Shown: piece by piece, positions 10,155 to 18,592 of the stretch
How the letters are laid out: each line of letters begins with the position of its first letter
Numbering within the stretch: the first letter of the stretch is position 1
DNA from: Patescibacteria group bacterium
GTDB lineage: Bacteria; Patescibacteriota; Microgenomatia; UBA8517
Length of the DNA stretch: 64,000 bases
Reading direction: 5' to 3'
Assembly: GCA_025999275.1 (NCBI GenBank)
Contig: AP024680.1
Location: 492,522 to 556,521, forward strand
Position numbers and translations under genes: made by a program
Notes under the pieces: generated by a model
What the model saw: the letters and a program-made list of their open reading frames with translations, nothing else
Told to the model about the DNA's origin: nothing
Databases searched by the model: none

Positions 10155-13118
10155 ATGAAGAATAAATTTTATTTTAACCCCATAAGTCCGAAGGTTTCTT
10201 TTCAGGAGATAGAAAGGAAGATGTTTGATTATTGGAAAGAGAATGATGTTGAAAAAAAATATCTAAAGAAGAATAAAAATTCTAATAGGTATTTCTCCTT
10301 TTTAGATGGTCCGATTACTGCTAACAACCCAATGGGTGTTCATCATGCTTGGGGTAGAACTTATAAAGATCTTTGGCAAAGATTTAAAAACATGCAAGGC
10401 TTCAAACAAAGGTTTCAAAATGGATTTGATTGCCAGGGTTTGTGGGTTGAAGTGGAGGTTGAGAAAGAATTGGGTTTTAAGACGAAAAAAGATATAGAAA
10501 AATATGGGGTTGATAAATTCGTAGAAAAATGCAAGGAAAGAGTTCTCAAGTTTGCCAAGATTCAAACAGAACAATCCAAAAGGCTTGGTTATTTTATGGA
10601 TTGGGACAATTCTTATTACACAATGAGCGAGGAAAATAACTATATGATTTGGTATTTCCTGAAGGTTTGTCATGAGAATGGATGGATATATAAAGGCAAT
10701 GATTCGGTGCCTTGGTGTCCAAGATGCGAGACAGCTATATCACAGCATGAGATCTTGACTGAGGATTATAAAGAATTAACTCATACTTCCATTGTTTTGA
10801 AATTCCCCATTGTTGGTCGAGAAAATGAATATCTCTTGGTTTGGACTACTACTCCTTGGACTATTCCTGCTAATGTAGCAGTGGCCGTTGATAAGGATTT
10901 GGAATACGCAATGATAGAAGATAGAGGTAGTTATTATTGGTTGGCTAAGGATTGTGTAAAGAGAATTTTCAAGGAAGACAGAAAGCCTTTAAAATTTGTT
11001 CGCGGTGAAAAGCTTTTAGGGCTTAAATATAGAACTGCTTTTGATGATTTACCCGCAGTTAAAGAAGTTTCTTCTCACCCCAATTTTCATACGGTTGTGG
11101 CTACAGACGATAGAATAATGCCCATTACTGTTGAAGAGGGAACTGGACTTGTTCACACAGCAGTTAGCGCCGGAACAGAGGATTATAGATTGGGGCAGAA
11201 AATTAATTTACCGATGATACCTGTTATTAATGACGATGCAAGTTATAAAGAAAATTTAGGTTTCTTGGCAGGATTAAATGCCAAGAAAGATCCAAATATA
11301 ATCTTTGACTACCTTGATAAAAGAGAGAAAGAATATGGGGAAAATTGGGTCTTTGATAAATTTGAATATAAGCATAGATATCCAGTTTGTTGGCGTTGCA
11401 AAGAAGAGCTAGTTTGGAAGGTGACCGATGAATGGTATATTGCTATGGATAGACCTACGAAGGTAGGGAAGAGCAAAGGCCTAACTTTAAGACAAAGATT
11501 GATGAAAACGGCTAAAAAGATAAATTGGATACCTTCTTTTGGACTTAAAAGAGAAATCGACTGGCTTGAAAATATGCAGGATTGGCTTATTAGCAAGAAA
11601 AATCGTTATTGGGGTTTAGCTTTGCCGATCTGGGAATGTGATAAATGTGGTAATTTTGAGGTTATTGGATCAAAGGAAGAGCTAAAAGAAAGAGCTGTTT
11701 CCGGCTGGGAGAAATTTGAGGGTAAGACACCACATAAACCTCAGATTGATTTTGTTAAGATAAGGTGCTCTAAATGTGGAACTATAATCTCCAGAATTGA
11801 GCCAGTTGGAAACCCATGGCTTGACGCTGGTATAGTCTCTTTCTCTACAATTAGTAAGGATAATAAATCTAAACCTTTGTACCTGGTTGATAAAAAGGAA
11901 TGGAGAAAATGGTTTCCTTCAGATTTTATCACTGAGAGCTTCCCTGGTCAGTTTAAGAATTGGTTTTATTCACTTATTGCTATGAGCACGGTGTTGGAAG
12001 ATGAAAATCCGACAAAGACTATCTTGGGTTTTGCCACTCTTTTGGCGGAAGATGGGAGGCCGATGCATAAATCTTGGGGAAACTTTATAGAGTTTAATGA
12101 GGGTGCTGAAAAAATAGGTGTTGATGTGATGCGTTGGATATATGTTCGTCAAAATGTTTCTGAAAACTTGCTTTTTGGTTACAAACTTGCCGATGAGACA
12201 AGAAGAAGATTTCATCTTAAACTTTGGAATATTTACAATTTCTTTGTTACTTATGCAAATATTGACGGATGGACACCTGATGAGAATATTAAAAATACAA
12301 ATCTTGATATTTTAGATAGATGGATTTTGCTTCGTTTTAAAGAATTACTGGAAAAAGTGACTTTAAGTCTAGAAAAATATGATGCCAGTCTTGCTAGCGG
12401 TTTAATTGAGGATTTTGTTGATGATCTTTCTAATTGGTATATTCGCCGCAGTCGGCAAAGAGTAGGGCCTTGGGCTCAAGACAATCTGTCTAAAGAGGCG
12501 TTTTATAAAACTCTTTACTTAATTATGAAGAATTTATCTAAATTGCTTGCACCTTTTACTCCTTTCTTAAGTGATGAAATCTATCAGAATTTAACCAAAG
12601 AATTATCGGTACACTTAGCAAGTTGGCCTGATGTTGATTTATCTTTCTTGGAAGATGGCGAGGAGTTAATTACAAAAATGAATTATTTGAGGAATTGTGT
12701 TGAAAAGGTTCATAGCAAAAGGAAAGAATTGGGTATTCCAATTCGTCAACCTCTTTTGAAAGCAGAGATTGGGGTGGCTGATAAAAGTTATGAGAAATTG
12801 GATAGGGAACTTCTGATGATTGCGGAAGAAGAGCTTAATATAAAGGAGTTGTTGTTTAGATTTTCTAAAGAAGAATACATTAAATTGGATACTAAAATTA
12901 CTCCTCAGTTAGAAGAAGAGGCAAAAACTAGAGAGTTGATAAGAAAAGTCCAAGAGGAGAGGAAGAAGATGAACATATCTTTTACTCAACCATCAGTAAT
13001 TTTCTCTCCCTGGCAGCCTAAGAATAAAAGCTTGTTGGAAGCGATTCTTAAAAAAACTTATTCTGAAAAAATAATTAACAGCGATAGATTTGAGGTGAAA
13101 ACTCTAAATGAAAAGTAG
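10155..13118 (+). CDS. ileS: Class I aminoacyl-tRNA synthetase, most likely isoleucine--tRNA ligase
   Basis: 987 aa. HIGH-type motif 'MGVHHAWG', 'GFDCQGL' (GWDCHGLP-like), 'DWLISKKNRYWG..PIW' editing/connective region, KMSKS-like 'MHKSWGN', and a CxxC zinc knuckle. The IleS versus ValS/LeuS assignment rests on size and motifs only. Confidence 0.6.
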   Translation: MKNKFYFNPISPKVSFQEIERKMFDYWKENDVEKKYLKKNKNSNRYFSFLDGPITANNPMGVHHAWGRTYKDLWQRFKNMQGFKQRFQNGFDCQGLWVEVEVEKELGFKTKKDIEKYGVDKFVEKCKERVLKFAKIQTEQSKRLGYFMDWDNSYYTMSEENNYMIWYFLKVCHENGWIYKGNDSVPWCPRCETAISQHEILTEDYKELTHTSIVLKFPIVGRENEYLLVWTTTPWTIPANVAVAVDKDLEYAMIEDRGSYYWLAKDCVKRIFKEDRKPLKFVRGEKLLGLKYRTAFDDLPAVKEVSSHPNFHTVVATDDRIMPITVEEGTGLVHTAVSAGTEDYRLGQKINLPMIPVINDDASYKENLGFLAGLNAKKDPNIIFDYLDKREKEYGENWVFDKFEYKHRYPVCWRCKEELVWKVTDEWYIAMDRPTKVGKSKGLTLRQRLMKTAKKINWIPSFGLKREIDWLENMQDWLISKKNRYWGLALPIWECDKCGNFEVIGSKEELKERAVSGWEKFEGKTPHKPQIDFVKIRCSKCGTIISRIEPVGNPWLDAGIVSFSTISKDNKSKPLYLVDKKEWRKWFPSDFITESFPGQFKNWFYSLIAMSTVLEDENPTKTILGFATLLAEDGRPMHKSWGNFIEFNEGAEKIGVDVMRWIYVRQNVSENLLFGYKLADETRRRFHLKLWNIYNFFVTYANIDGWTPDENIKNTNLDILDRWILLRFKELLEKVTLSLEKYDASLASGLIEDFVDDLSNWYIRRSRQRVGPWAQDNLSKEAFYKTLYLIMKNLSKLLAPFTPFLSDEIYQNLTKELSVHLASWPDVDLSFLEDGEELITKMNYLRNCVEKVHSKRKELGIPIRQPLLKAEIGVADKSYEKLDRELLMIAEEELNIKELLFRFSKEEYIKLDTKITPQLEEEAKTRELIRKVQEERKKMNISFTQPSVIFSPWQPKNKSLLEAILKKTYSEKIINSDRFEVKTLNEK

Positions 13119-14157
13119 TTTTTTGAAAGATCTTGATCCGGTTATTACAATTTCTATATCTTTATTGGTTTTTTTAAGTGTTTTAACTCTAAATTCTATT
13201 GCCCCCAATCTTTTTCCTGTTTATTATTTTTATATTCTTTTGGGAGTAATTTTGTTTTTTTTATTTTCTAGGATAGACTATGAAATAATTTCTTTTTTTT
13301 CCCCCTATATTTATTGGTTTTCTATTTTTATTTTGTTTTTGGTTCTTTTGGTGGGAAACGTAACAAGGGGAGCAGTGCGTTGGATACCTTTGGGCTCGTT
13401 TACTATTCAGCCAGCTGAGATCGTTAGACCGTTTCTAATAGTTTTTTGGTCTTATTATTTGACACAAAAATTGACTTTGAATAGGCTTTTTAAGGCTATT
13501 TTCCTTTTTTTACTTCCTATTTTTTTGATTGTAATACAGCCTTCATTGGGTGTATCAATTTTAACAGCCATTTCTTTTATAGGAGTGTTTTTATCTTTGC
13601 CCTTTGATAAAAAGAAATTGTTTTTTCCAATGATTTTGATGTTAATTATTATTCCATTTTCTTATTTATTTTTGGCTCCTTATCAAAAGCAGAGAATTCA
13701 GACATTTTTGAACCCTTCTAGAGATCCATTTGGAGCTGGTTATAACAGTATCCAATCTATGATGGCTGTTGGGTCGGGTATGATTTTTGGACGAGGTCTA
13801 GGCAAGGGTGTGCAGACGCAACTTCAATTTTTACCAGAGAGACACACAGATTTTGTTTTTGCAGCTATATCTGAAGAAATGGGTTTTATCGGATCTTTCT
13901 TGGTTTTAGCATTATTTCTTGTTGTTTTTATTAGACTGTTGAATTTGATGTCTAAGGTAAAGTTGGCTTCTGCTTTCGCTTTTTTGTCGGGCTTGTTTGT
14001 TACACTTTTAGTTCAGGTTTTTGTTAATGTTGGTATGAATATGGGATTGATGCCAGTTACAGGAATTACATTGCCTTTTGTTTCTTCAGGCGGCTCTTCG
14101 TTTCTGGCTTTAATGACAGCGTTTGGGATTGTTACAAGTATTTACAGGAAGTTGTGA
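13108..14157 (+). CDS. rodA: SEDS-family protein (RodA/FtsW paralog)
   Basis: Second polytopic SEDS protein in the window ('PAEIVRP', 'DFVFAAISEEMGFIG', 'LPFVSSGGSS'). Overlaps the ileS stop. Confidence 0.7.
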   Translation: MKSSFLKDLDPVITISISLLVFLSVLTLNSIAPNLFPVYYFYILLGVILFFLFSRIDYEIISFFSPYIYWFSIFILFLVLLVGNVTRGAVRWIPLGSFTIQPAEIVRPFLIVFWSYYLTQKLTLNRLFKAIFLFLLPIFLIVIQPSLGVSILTAISFIGVFLSLPFDKKKLFFPMILMLIIIPFSYLFLAPYQKQRIQTFLNPSRDPFGAGYNSIQSMMAVGSGMIFGRGLGKGVQTQLQFLPERHTDFVFAAISEEMGFIGSFLVLALFLVVFIRLLNLMSKVKLASAFAFLSGLFVTLLVQVFVNVGMNMGLMPVTGITLPFVSSGGSSFLALMTAFGIVTSIYRKL

Positions 14158-14199
14158 CACTTGTTTTTATATGTTTTAGAGTTTAAAATATCCATTGCA

Positions 14200-14505
14200 A
14201 TGAAAAGAGTAGTAATTAGGATAAAAGGCAGACAATATGAAGTAGTTGAAGGGGAAGAGCTTTTGATTGATAGAACCATTGAAAAAAAATTTGAACCGGA
14301 AGTTCTTTTGGTTTTTGACGAGGATTTTGTTAAGGTAGGTAAACCTTTGGTTGATAAAGCAAAAGTTGAGCTAGAAGTGTTAGGGGAACTAAAAGGTGAA
14401 AAGGTTGAAGTTTTGAAGTATAAAGCCAAATCTCGTTATAGAAGGAAGTATGGCTTCAGGCCTTTGTTTACAAAAGTTTTGGTTAAGTCAATTGAATTGT
14501 CTTAA
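14200..14505 (+). CDS. rplU: 50S ribosomal protein L21
   Basis: 'MKRVVIRIKGRQYEVVEGEEL' matches the L21 N-terminal pattern, and there is a basic C-terminus. The ORF track begins at a TTG at 14161, but the ATG at 14200 fits L21 better. Confidence 0.8.
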   Translation: MKRVVIRIKGRQYEVVEGEELLIDRTIEKKFEPEVLLVFDEDFVKVGKPLVDKAKVELEVLGELKGEKVEVLKYKAKSRYRRKYGFRPLFTKVLVKSIELS

Positions 14506-14559
14506 TTTCTCCAATCCAGATAAATCAAAGTATATCTAATTATATACTAGTATGTACTC

Positions 14560-14588
14560 TTGACAGTTGTGAAAAATTTGTTTATATT
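14560..14588 (+). promoter_or_regulatory. Consensus sigma70 promoter TTGACA-N17-TATATT between rplU and rpmA
   Basis: Exact -35 hexamer, 17-nt spacer and a TATATT -10 ending about 11 nt before the rpmA ATG. No SD in between. Confidence 0.4.
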
Positions 14589-14599
14589 GTATTTCAGTT

Positions 14600-14851
14600 A
14601 TGTCTAAGAAAAAACAAGGGGGTAAGGCAGCCCAACACGTAAGACCTGAGGGAAAAAGGTTGGGAATAAAAGTATCTGATAGCCAGAAAGTAGAAGCTGG
14701 TTCTGTTCTCGTTCGTCAGCGAGGGACGAAAATAAAAGCGGGGAAAGGAGTAAAAGTAGGTAGAGATCACACTTTGTACGCTATTGAATCAGGAAGGGTT
14801 AAGTTTAGGAATGTAGAAGGCAAAAAGGAGGTTTATATAACAGAAGCGTAG
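14600..14851 (+). CDS. rpmA: 50S ribosomal protein L27
   Basis: 'KKQGGKAAQ...KRLGIK...VRQRGTK...G.DHTLYA' is the canonical L27 sequence. Confidence 0.9.
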   Translation: MSKKKQGGKAAQHVRPEGKRLGIKVSDSQKVEAGSVLVRQRGTKIKAGKGVKVGRDHTLYAIESGRVKFRNVEGKKEVYITEA

Positions 14852-14852
14852 A

Positions 14853-15698
14853 ATGGCAGAGGAAATAGTACAGCTTGAGGTAAACGAAATTAATCCCAAT
14901 CCGTTACAGCCTCGTGGTGCAATTACTCCAGAAAGCCTGGTTGACTTAGTTGATTCTATTAAAGAACATGGTGTTCTTGAGCCTTTAGTGGTTGCAAAAA
15001 CACCAGCAGGATACCAGATTATTGCTGGGGAACGTCGTTGGAGAGCTTCAAAATTAGCAGGATTGACTCATGTTCCTTGTATAATTCGTGAAACTACCCC
15101 AAAAGGAATGCTTGAAATGGCTTTGGTTGAAAATGTTCAAAGGGTTGATTTGAATCCAATTGATCGAGCAAAGGGTTTTGAGAGATTGATGAATGAATTT
15201 GGATTAACAACCTCAGAAGTTGCTATAAAAGTTGGAAAGTCGGTTTCCTATGTCTCAAATAGCGTAAGACTTTTGAGCCTGCCGGATGCATTAAAAGATG
15301 GTCTTTTGTCTGGTTTGATTACTGAAGGTCATGCTAGAGCTTTGGCAGGTATCGAAGACCCTGAGCTCATGATTGAGGCATACAAGATTGTTTTGAAAGA
15401 ATCAGCATCAGTTAGGAGGGCTGAAGATTTGGCCAGAAAGATGAAACACAAGTTGAATCAAAAGCCGAAGCCAAAGACTGATTTAGCTTCCCTAAGAATA
15501 GTTTCAGATGAAATAGACAGAATGCAGGAAGAAATGACACAAGCTTTAAAGAAGTTAGAAAAAAACGAAAGGGAAAATTCTTCTCAAGTAAAATTGGTTC
15601 GTTCTAGAAGGGAAACTAGGATTACTTTTATATTTAAAGGTAGCCTTGAAGAGACAGAAGAAAGACTTCAGAAAATTTATAAGAGTGTAATCTCTTAA
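14853..15698 (+). CDS. parB: ParB/Spo0J family chromosome-partitioning protein
   Basis: ParB box 'GERRWRAS' and an HTH ('TTSEVAIKVGKSVSYVSN'). No parA is adjacent. Confidence 0.8.
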   Translation: MAEEIVQLEVNEINPNPLQPRGAITPESLVDLVDSIKEHGVLEPLVVAKTPAGYQIIAGERRWRASKLAGLTHVPCIIRETTPKGMLEMALVENVQRVDLNPIDRAKGFERLMNEFGLTTSEVAIKVGKSVSYVSNSVRLLSLPDALKDGLLSGLITEGHARALAGIEDPELMIEAYKIVLKESASVRRAEDLARKMKHKLNQKPKPKTDLASLRIVSDEIDRMQEEMTQALKKLEKNERENSSQVKLVRSRRETRITFIFKGSLEETEERLQKIYKSVIS

Positions 15699-15702
15699 TG
15701 TT

Positions 15703-16266
15703 TTATAAGTTGTAATTTACTTTGGGTACAATTCCAGCTTTTTGTGGTGGCCAGTAAACTAACCAAGCCTTTCCGATAATGTTTTTCTTTGATACAAAAC
15801 CCCATGCTCTTGAATCAGACGAATATGACCTATTATCTCCCATCACAAAGAAATAATTATCTGGTACTACTACTTCTTTGTTGTTAGGGAGAAAAATTCC
15901 ACCATTGGTGTAAAGACCAGCTGGTAAATATGTTTCTTCCAGCTTTTGACCGTTTATATAGACAAAACCATCTTTAATCGAAACAGTATCGCCTGGCAAG
16001 CCTATTATTCTTTTGATGTAGTCATCCTCTTCGTTTACTGGTGCTTTAAAAACTATGACATCTCCTCTTTGGGGTGGATGAAAACGATAGCTTATTTTAT
16101 CAGTCAGCAAAAATTCTCCGTCTGGAAAGTTTGGCTGCATAGAATCACCCTTGATCTTATGAGGTTGAAATAGCAAAAGGTATATAAAAAGAAAAATAGA
16201 AATAGAGAAAACTATAGTTTGTATAAGGTCAGAAAAGAAAGATGCTAGTTTTTTAACATTTTCCAT
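15703..16266 (-). CDS. lepB: Signal peptidase I (LepB)
   Basis: N-terminal TM, Ser box 'GDSMQPNF', 'KRIIGLPGD' and 'GDNRSYSSDSR' boxes. Confidence 0.85.
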   Translation of the reverse strand: MENVKKLASFFSDLIQTIVFSISIFLFIYLLLFQPHKIKGDSMQPNFPDGEFLLTDKISYRFHPPQRGDVIVFKAPVNEEDDYIKRIIGLPGDTVSIKDGFVYINGQKLEETYLPAGLYTNGGIFLPNNKEVVVPDNYFFVMGDNRSYSSDSRAWGFVSKKNIIGKAWLVYWPPQKAGIVPKVNYNL

Positions 16267-16300
16267 ATGGAATCATTATATTTGTTTCTTTGGCAATACT

Positions 16301-17428
16301 TCAAGAAGGAAATTGATTATTAGAGTTTGCGATAACATCGTGGTAATTACTTTCTCTTTGACCTAGTGGTGTTACCCTTATGAATTTTGCTTTTTCCCAG
16401 AGTTCTTGGATATTTATTGCTCCCAAGTAAGAAAATCCGGCTCTAAGACTGGCTTCAAGATATGAGACGACTTCACTTAAAGGACCACGATAGGGGACAA
16501 GGCTTTCTATTCCCTCTATGTGTTTGAGATAGTTTGGGCTAGTGTTTATTTTTTGGCTGTGTTTTTCTTTTTCGGCAAGAGATGTTGAGGCATTGTATGT
16601 TTTGTATTTTTTGTTATCTTTTATAACTATTTGTCCTTCGGACTCGTCGCATCCAGCAAACTGGCTGCCGATTATAACTGCTGAGGCTCCAGTAGCCAAT
16701 CCTTTTACAATATCTCCTGGATTTTTTGTGCCGCCGTCGCAAAGTATGGTTTTTTTGAATTTTTTGGCTGCTTTTGAGGCTTCAAGAAGAGCGGTAATTT
16801 GGGGAACTCCCACTCCTGTAGTAATTCTTGTAGTGCAGATGGTTCCTGGTCCAACGCCAACTCTAACTGAGTCTGCTCCGGCTTTAAACAAATCAGCGGT
16901 AGCTTTATAAGTAGCAACTACACCTGATACTATATCAACTTTTTTACCATAAAGCCTCTTTAGGGTTCTTGTGGTTTCTATTGCTTTTTGCATTGCTCCA
17001 TGGGCAACATCGATAGTAATAATATCCGCTCCGGCTTCAACCAAAGCTTTAGCTCTTTCTAGTTCCCCTTCCTTAATTCCAACAGCGGCACCAACTTTAA
17101 CACCCGCGTTTTTTACTTGTTTTACCATATTGGCTTCTTCTTCAATTGTTGTAAAGCGAGGTAAGAATCCAATTCCTCCAAGCTTGCCTAAAGCAACAGC
17201 CATTTTGACTCCTGTAACATCAGTCATATTGACACTGATTAGAGGAAGATTGAGAGTAACTCTTGGGGTAATTTTGACAGTTAGGTTGACTTCTTGCCTG
17301 CTGTTAATTTTTGAATGTTGAGGAACTAGAAGGACATCATCATATGACAGTCCAATTGGTATTTCCTCTTTATTTCTAAAAAAATTTAACACAAGTTTTA
17401 ATTTAGAGTTTTGTTCTTTTATTGTCAA
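16301..17428 (-). CDS. guaB: IMP dehydrogenase/GMP reductase family enzyme (short form, no CBS pair)
   Basis: 'GLSYDDVLLVP' and catalytic-Cys loop 'GVGPGTICTTR'. At 375 aa there is no room for a CBS subdomain. Uses a non-ATG (TTG) start in the track. Confidence 0.8.
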   Translation of the reverse strand: MTIKEQNSKLKLVLNFFRNKEEIPIGLSYDDVLLVPQHSKINSRQEVNLTVKITPRVTLNLPLISVNMTDVTGVKMAVALGKLGGIGFLPRFTTIEEEANMVKQVKNAGVKVGAAVGIKEGELERAKALVEAGADIITIDVAHGAMQKAIETTRTLKRLYGKKVDIVSGVVATYKATADLFKAGADSVRVGVGPGTICTTRITTGVGVPQITALLEASKAAKKFKKTILCDGGTKNPGDIVKGLATGASAVIIGSQFAGCDESEGQIVIKDNKKYKTYNASTSLAEKEKHSQKINTSPNYLKHIEGIESLVPYRGPLSEVVSYLEASLRAGFSYLGAINIQELWEKAKFIRVTPLGQRESNYHDVIANSNNQFPS

Positions 17429-17482
17429 CTCTAGAAAAAGTTTGGTAAAGAGTGATAAAATACAAGTTTAAGAACATCTTTT

Positions 17483-17556
17483 GACCGCTTAGCTCAGTTG
17501 GTTAGAGCGCATCGTTCACATCGATGAGGTCGTAGGTTCGAGTCCTACAGCGGTCA
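17483..17556 (+). tRNA. tRNA-Val (anticodon CAC)
   Basis: Hand-folded cloverleaf. Acceptor GACCGCT/AGCGGTC (7 bp), D-arm GCTC..GAGC, anticodon stem CATCG/CGATG with loop TTCACAT, T-arm GTAGG-TTCGAGT-CCTAC, discriminator A. CCA is not encoded. Confidence 0.85.
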
Positions 17557-17565
17557 CTATTTTAT

Positions 17566-18243
17566 ATGAATAAAAAAAGCCGCATTTTTTGGTTTGTTTA
17601 CATCTTTTTTATTTTGTTTTTTTCTTTTAGTGTTTTTAAAAACGTCTTCTTTCAATTCTCTTTGACTAAACAGATTAACTCTTTTCTTTTTATTTCAAAT
17701 TTATTACAGAGACTTAGCGGGTCTGTTGCTCTTTTTCTTCTCTTTGTGCAAATAATATTTGGTGCTTATAGACCTAAACTTTCAAAATTGCTTGGCAATT
17801 GGGTGATGAATTTCCATATTTGGCAGGGAAGGGTAATTTATGTTTTGGTTTTGATTCACACATTTTCTTTACTTTTGTTTAATTTTATTTCAAAAAAGGG
17901 TTTTGACCCATTTTATGTTTTTGTTGATTTTTGTGTTTTATGTCAGACAAGAAAGGAATTGTTTTATTCTTTTGGCAGATTTGGTTTTTGGTTGTTGAAT
18001 TTAGCAATTCTTTCGGCTTTGGTGAGGAAAGATAATTGGTGGAGGCAAAACTGGCGATATTTCCACATCTTAAACTATTTTCTTTTTTTCTTAATTTCTC
18101 TTCACGCTTTCTTTATCGGTTCTGATTTTTCTTTGAGAGTTGGATATTTAGGAAAGTTGAATCTATTTTTTTCTATATTTGTTATTTCAGTCATTTTGGT
18201 TAGATTTTTTAATTGGTTTTTAAAGAATTTTAAACTGTCGTAG
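17566..18243 (+). CDS. Six-TM membrane protein with ferric-reductase-like (MsrQ/YedZ-type) bis-His heme b motifs
   Basis: Six predicted TM helices. His pairs 'FHIWQGRVIYVLVLIHTF' (H-x13-H) in TM3 and 'FHILNYFLFFLISLHAF' (H-x12-H) in TM5 match the FRD-domain heme-ligand layout. The start is 10 nt after tRNA-Val. Confidence 0.4.
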   Translation: MNKKSRIFWFVYIFFILFFSFSVFKNVFFQFSLTKQINSFLFISNLLQRLSGSVALFLLFVQIIFGAYRPKLSKLLGNWVMNFHIWQGRVIYVLVLIHTFSLLLFNFISKKGFDPFYVFVDFCVLCQTRKELFYSFGRFGFWLLNLAILSALVRKDNWWRQNWRYFHILNYFLFFLISLHAFFIGSDFSLRVGYLGKLNLFFSIFVISVILVRFFNWFLKNFKLS

Positions 18244-18314
18244 TACTATAAATCTTCTAGATTAGAAAATGTTTAGAGGTGCAGTTCTTTGAAGTAATTT
18301 TAATACCTCAATTA

Positions 18315-18551
18315 TCAGGGAATGCAGGTATAGTTGGGAAAACAATCAGGTTCACATTCTGTTTCAGGGTAACATTCTGGTCGACAAGATGGATTGCAGT
18401 TGGGATAACACAGAGGTGGCCAGCAATCTTCGTCTTCTGTTTCGCAACGTGGTGGCCAGCATCCGGGGCCACAATGGGGTTTACAATCATGCTCTTTTGT
18501 ATTTCTTGTTGTTACTAATTCTATTGTAGGTATTTGCTTTTGTTCTACCAT
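18315..18551 (-). CDS. Cys/Pro-rich RiPP precursor-like peptide (78 aa: 22-aa leader plus 12-Cys core)
   Basis: Translation from the ATG at 18551: MVEQKQIPTIELVTTRNTKEHD-CKPHCGPGCWPPRCETEDEDCWPPLCYPNCNPSCRPECYPETECEPDCFPNYTCIP. It lies 41 nt downstream of the rSAM/SPASM gene on the same strand and has no signal peptide. The ORF track merges it into a longer ORF (18315..18740) that overlaps the rSAM gene. The internal Met is the plausible start, but there is no obvious SD. Confidence 0.55.
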   Translation of the reverse strand: MVEQKQIPTIELVTTRNTKEHDCKPHCGPGCWPPRCETEDEDCWPPLCYPNCNPSCRPECYPETECEPDCFPNYTCIP

Positions 18552-18592
18552 CTTAAACTGTAAATAAATTTTAACTCTAGTTTGGTAAAAGT

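Noticed and set aside
10302-12215. Several 60-125-aa ORFs on the minus strand (and one on plus) inside ileS
   Set aside because: They are fully embedded in a strongly supported 987-aa synthetase gene and have low-complexity, Phe/Ile/Leu-rich translations typical of AT-rich antisense frames.
18279-18518. 79-aa plus-strand ORF and 60-aa minus-strand ORF (18308..18490) overlapping the Cys-rich peptide gene
   Set aside because: Both are alternative-frame or antisense shadows of the peptide CDS. Their Gly/Trp/Pro-rich translations simply mirror the Cys/Pro codons.
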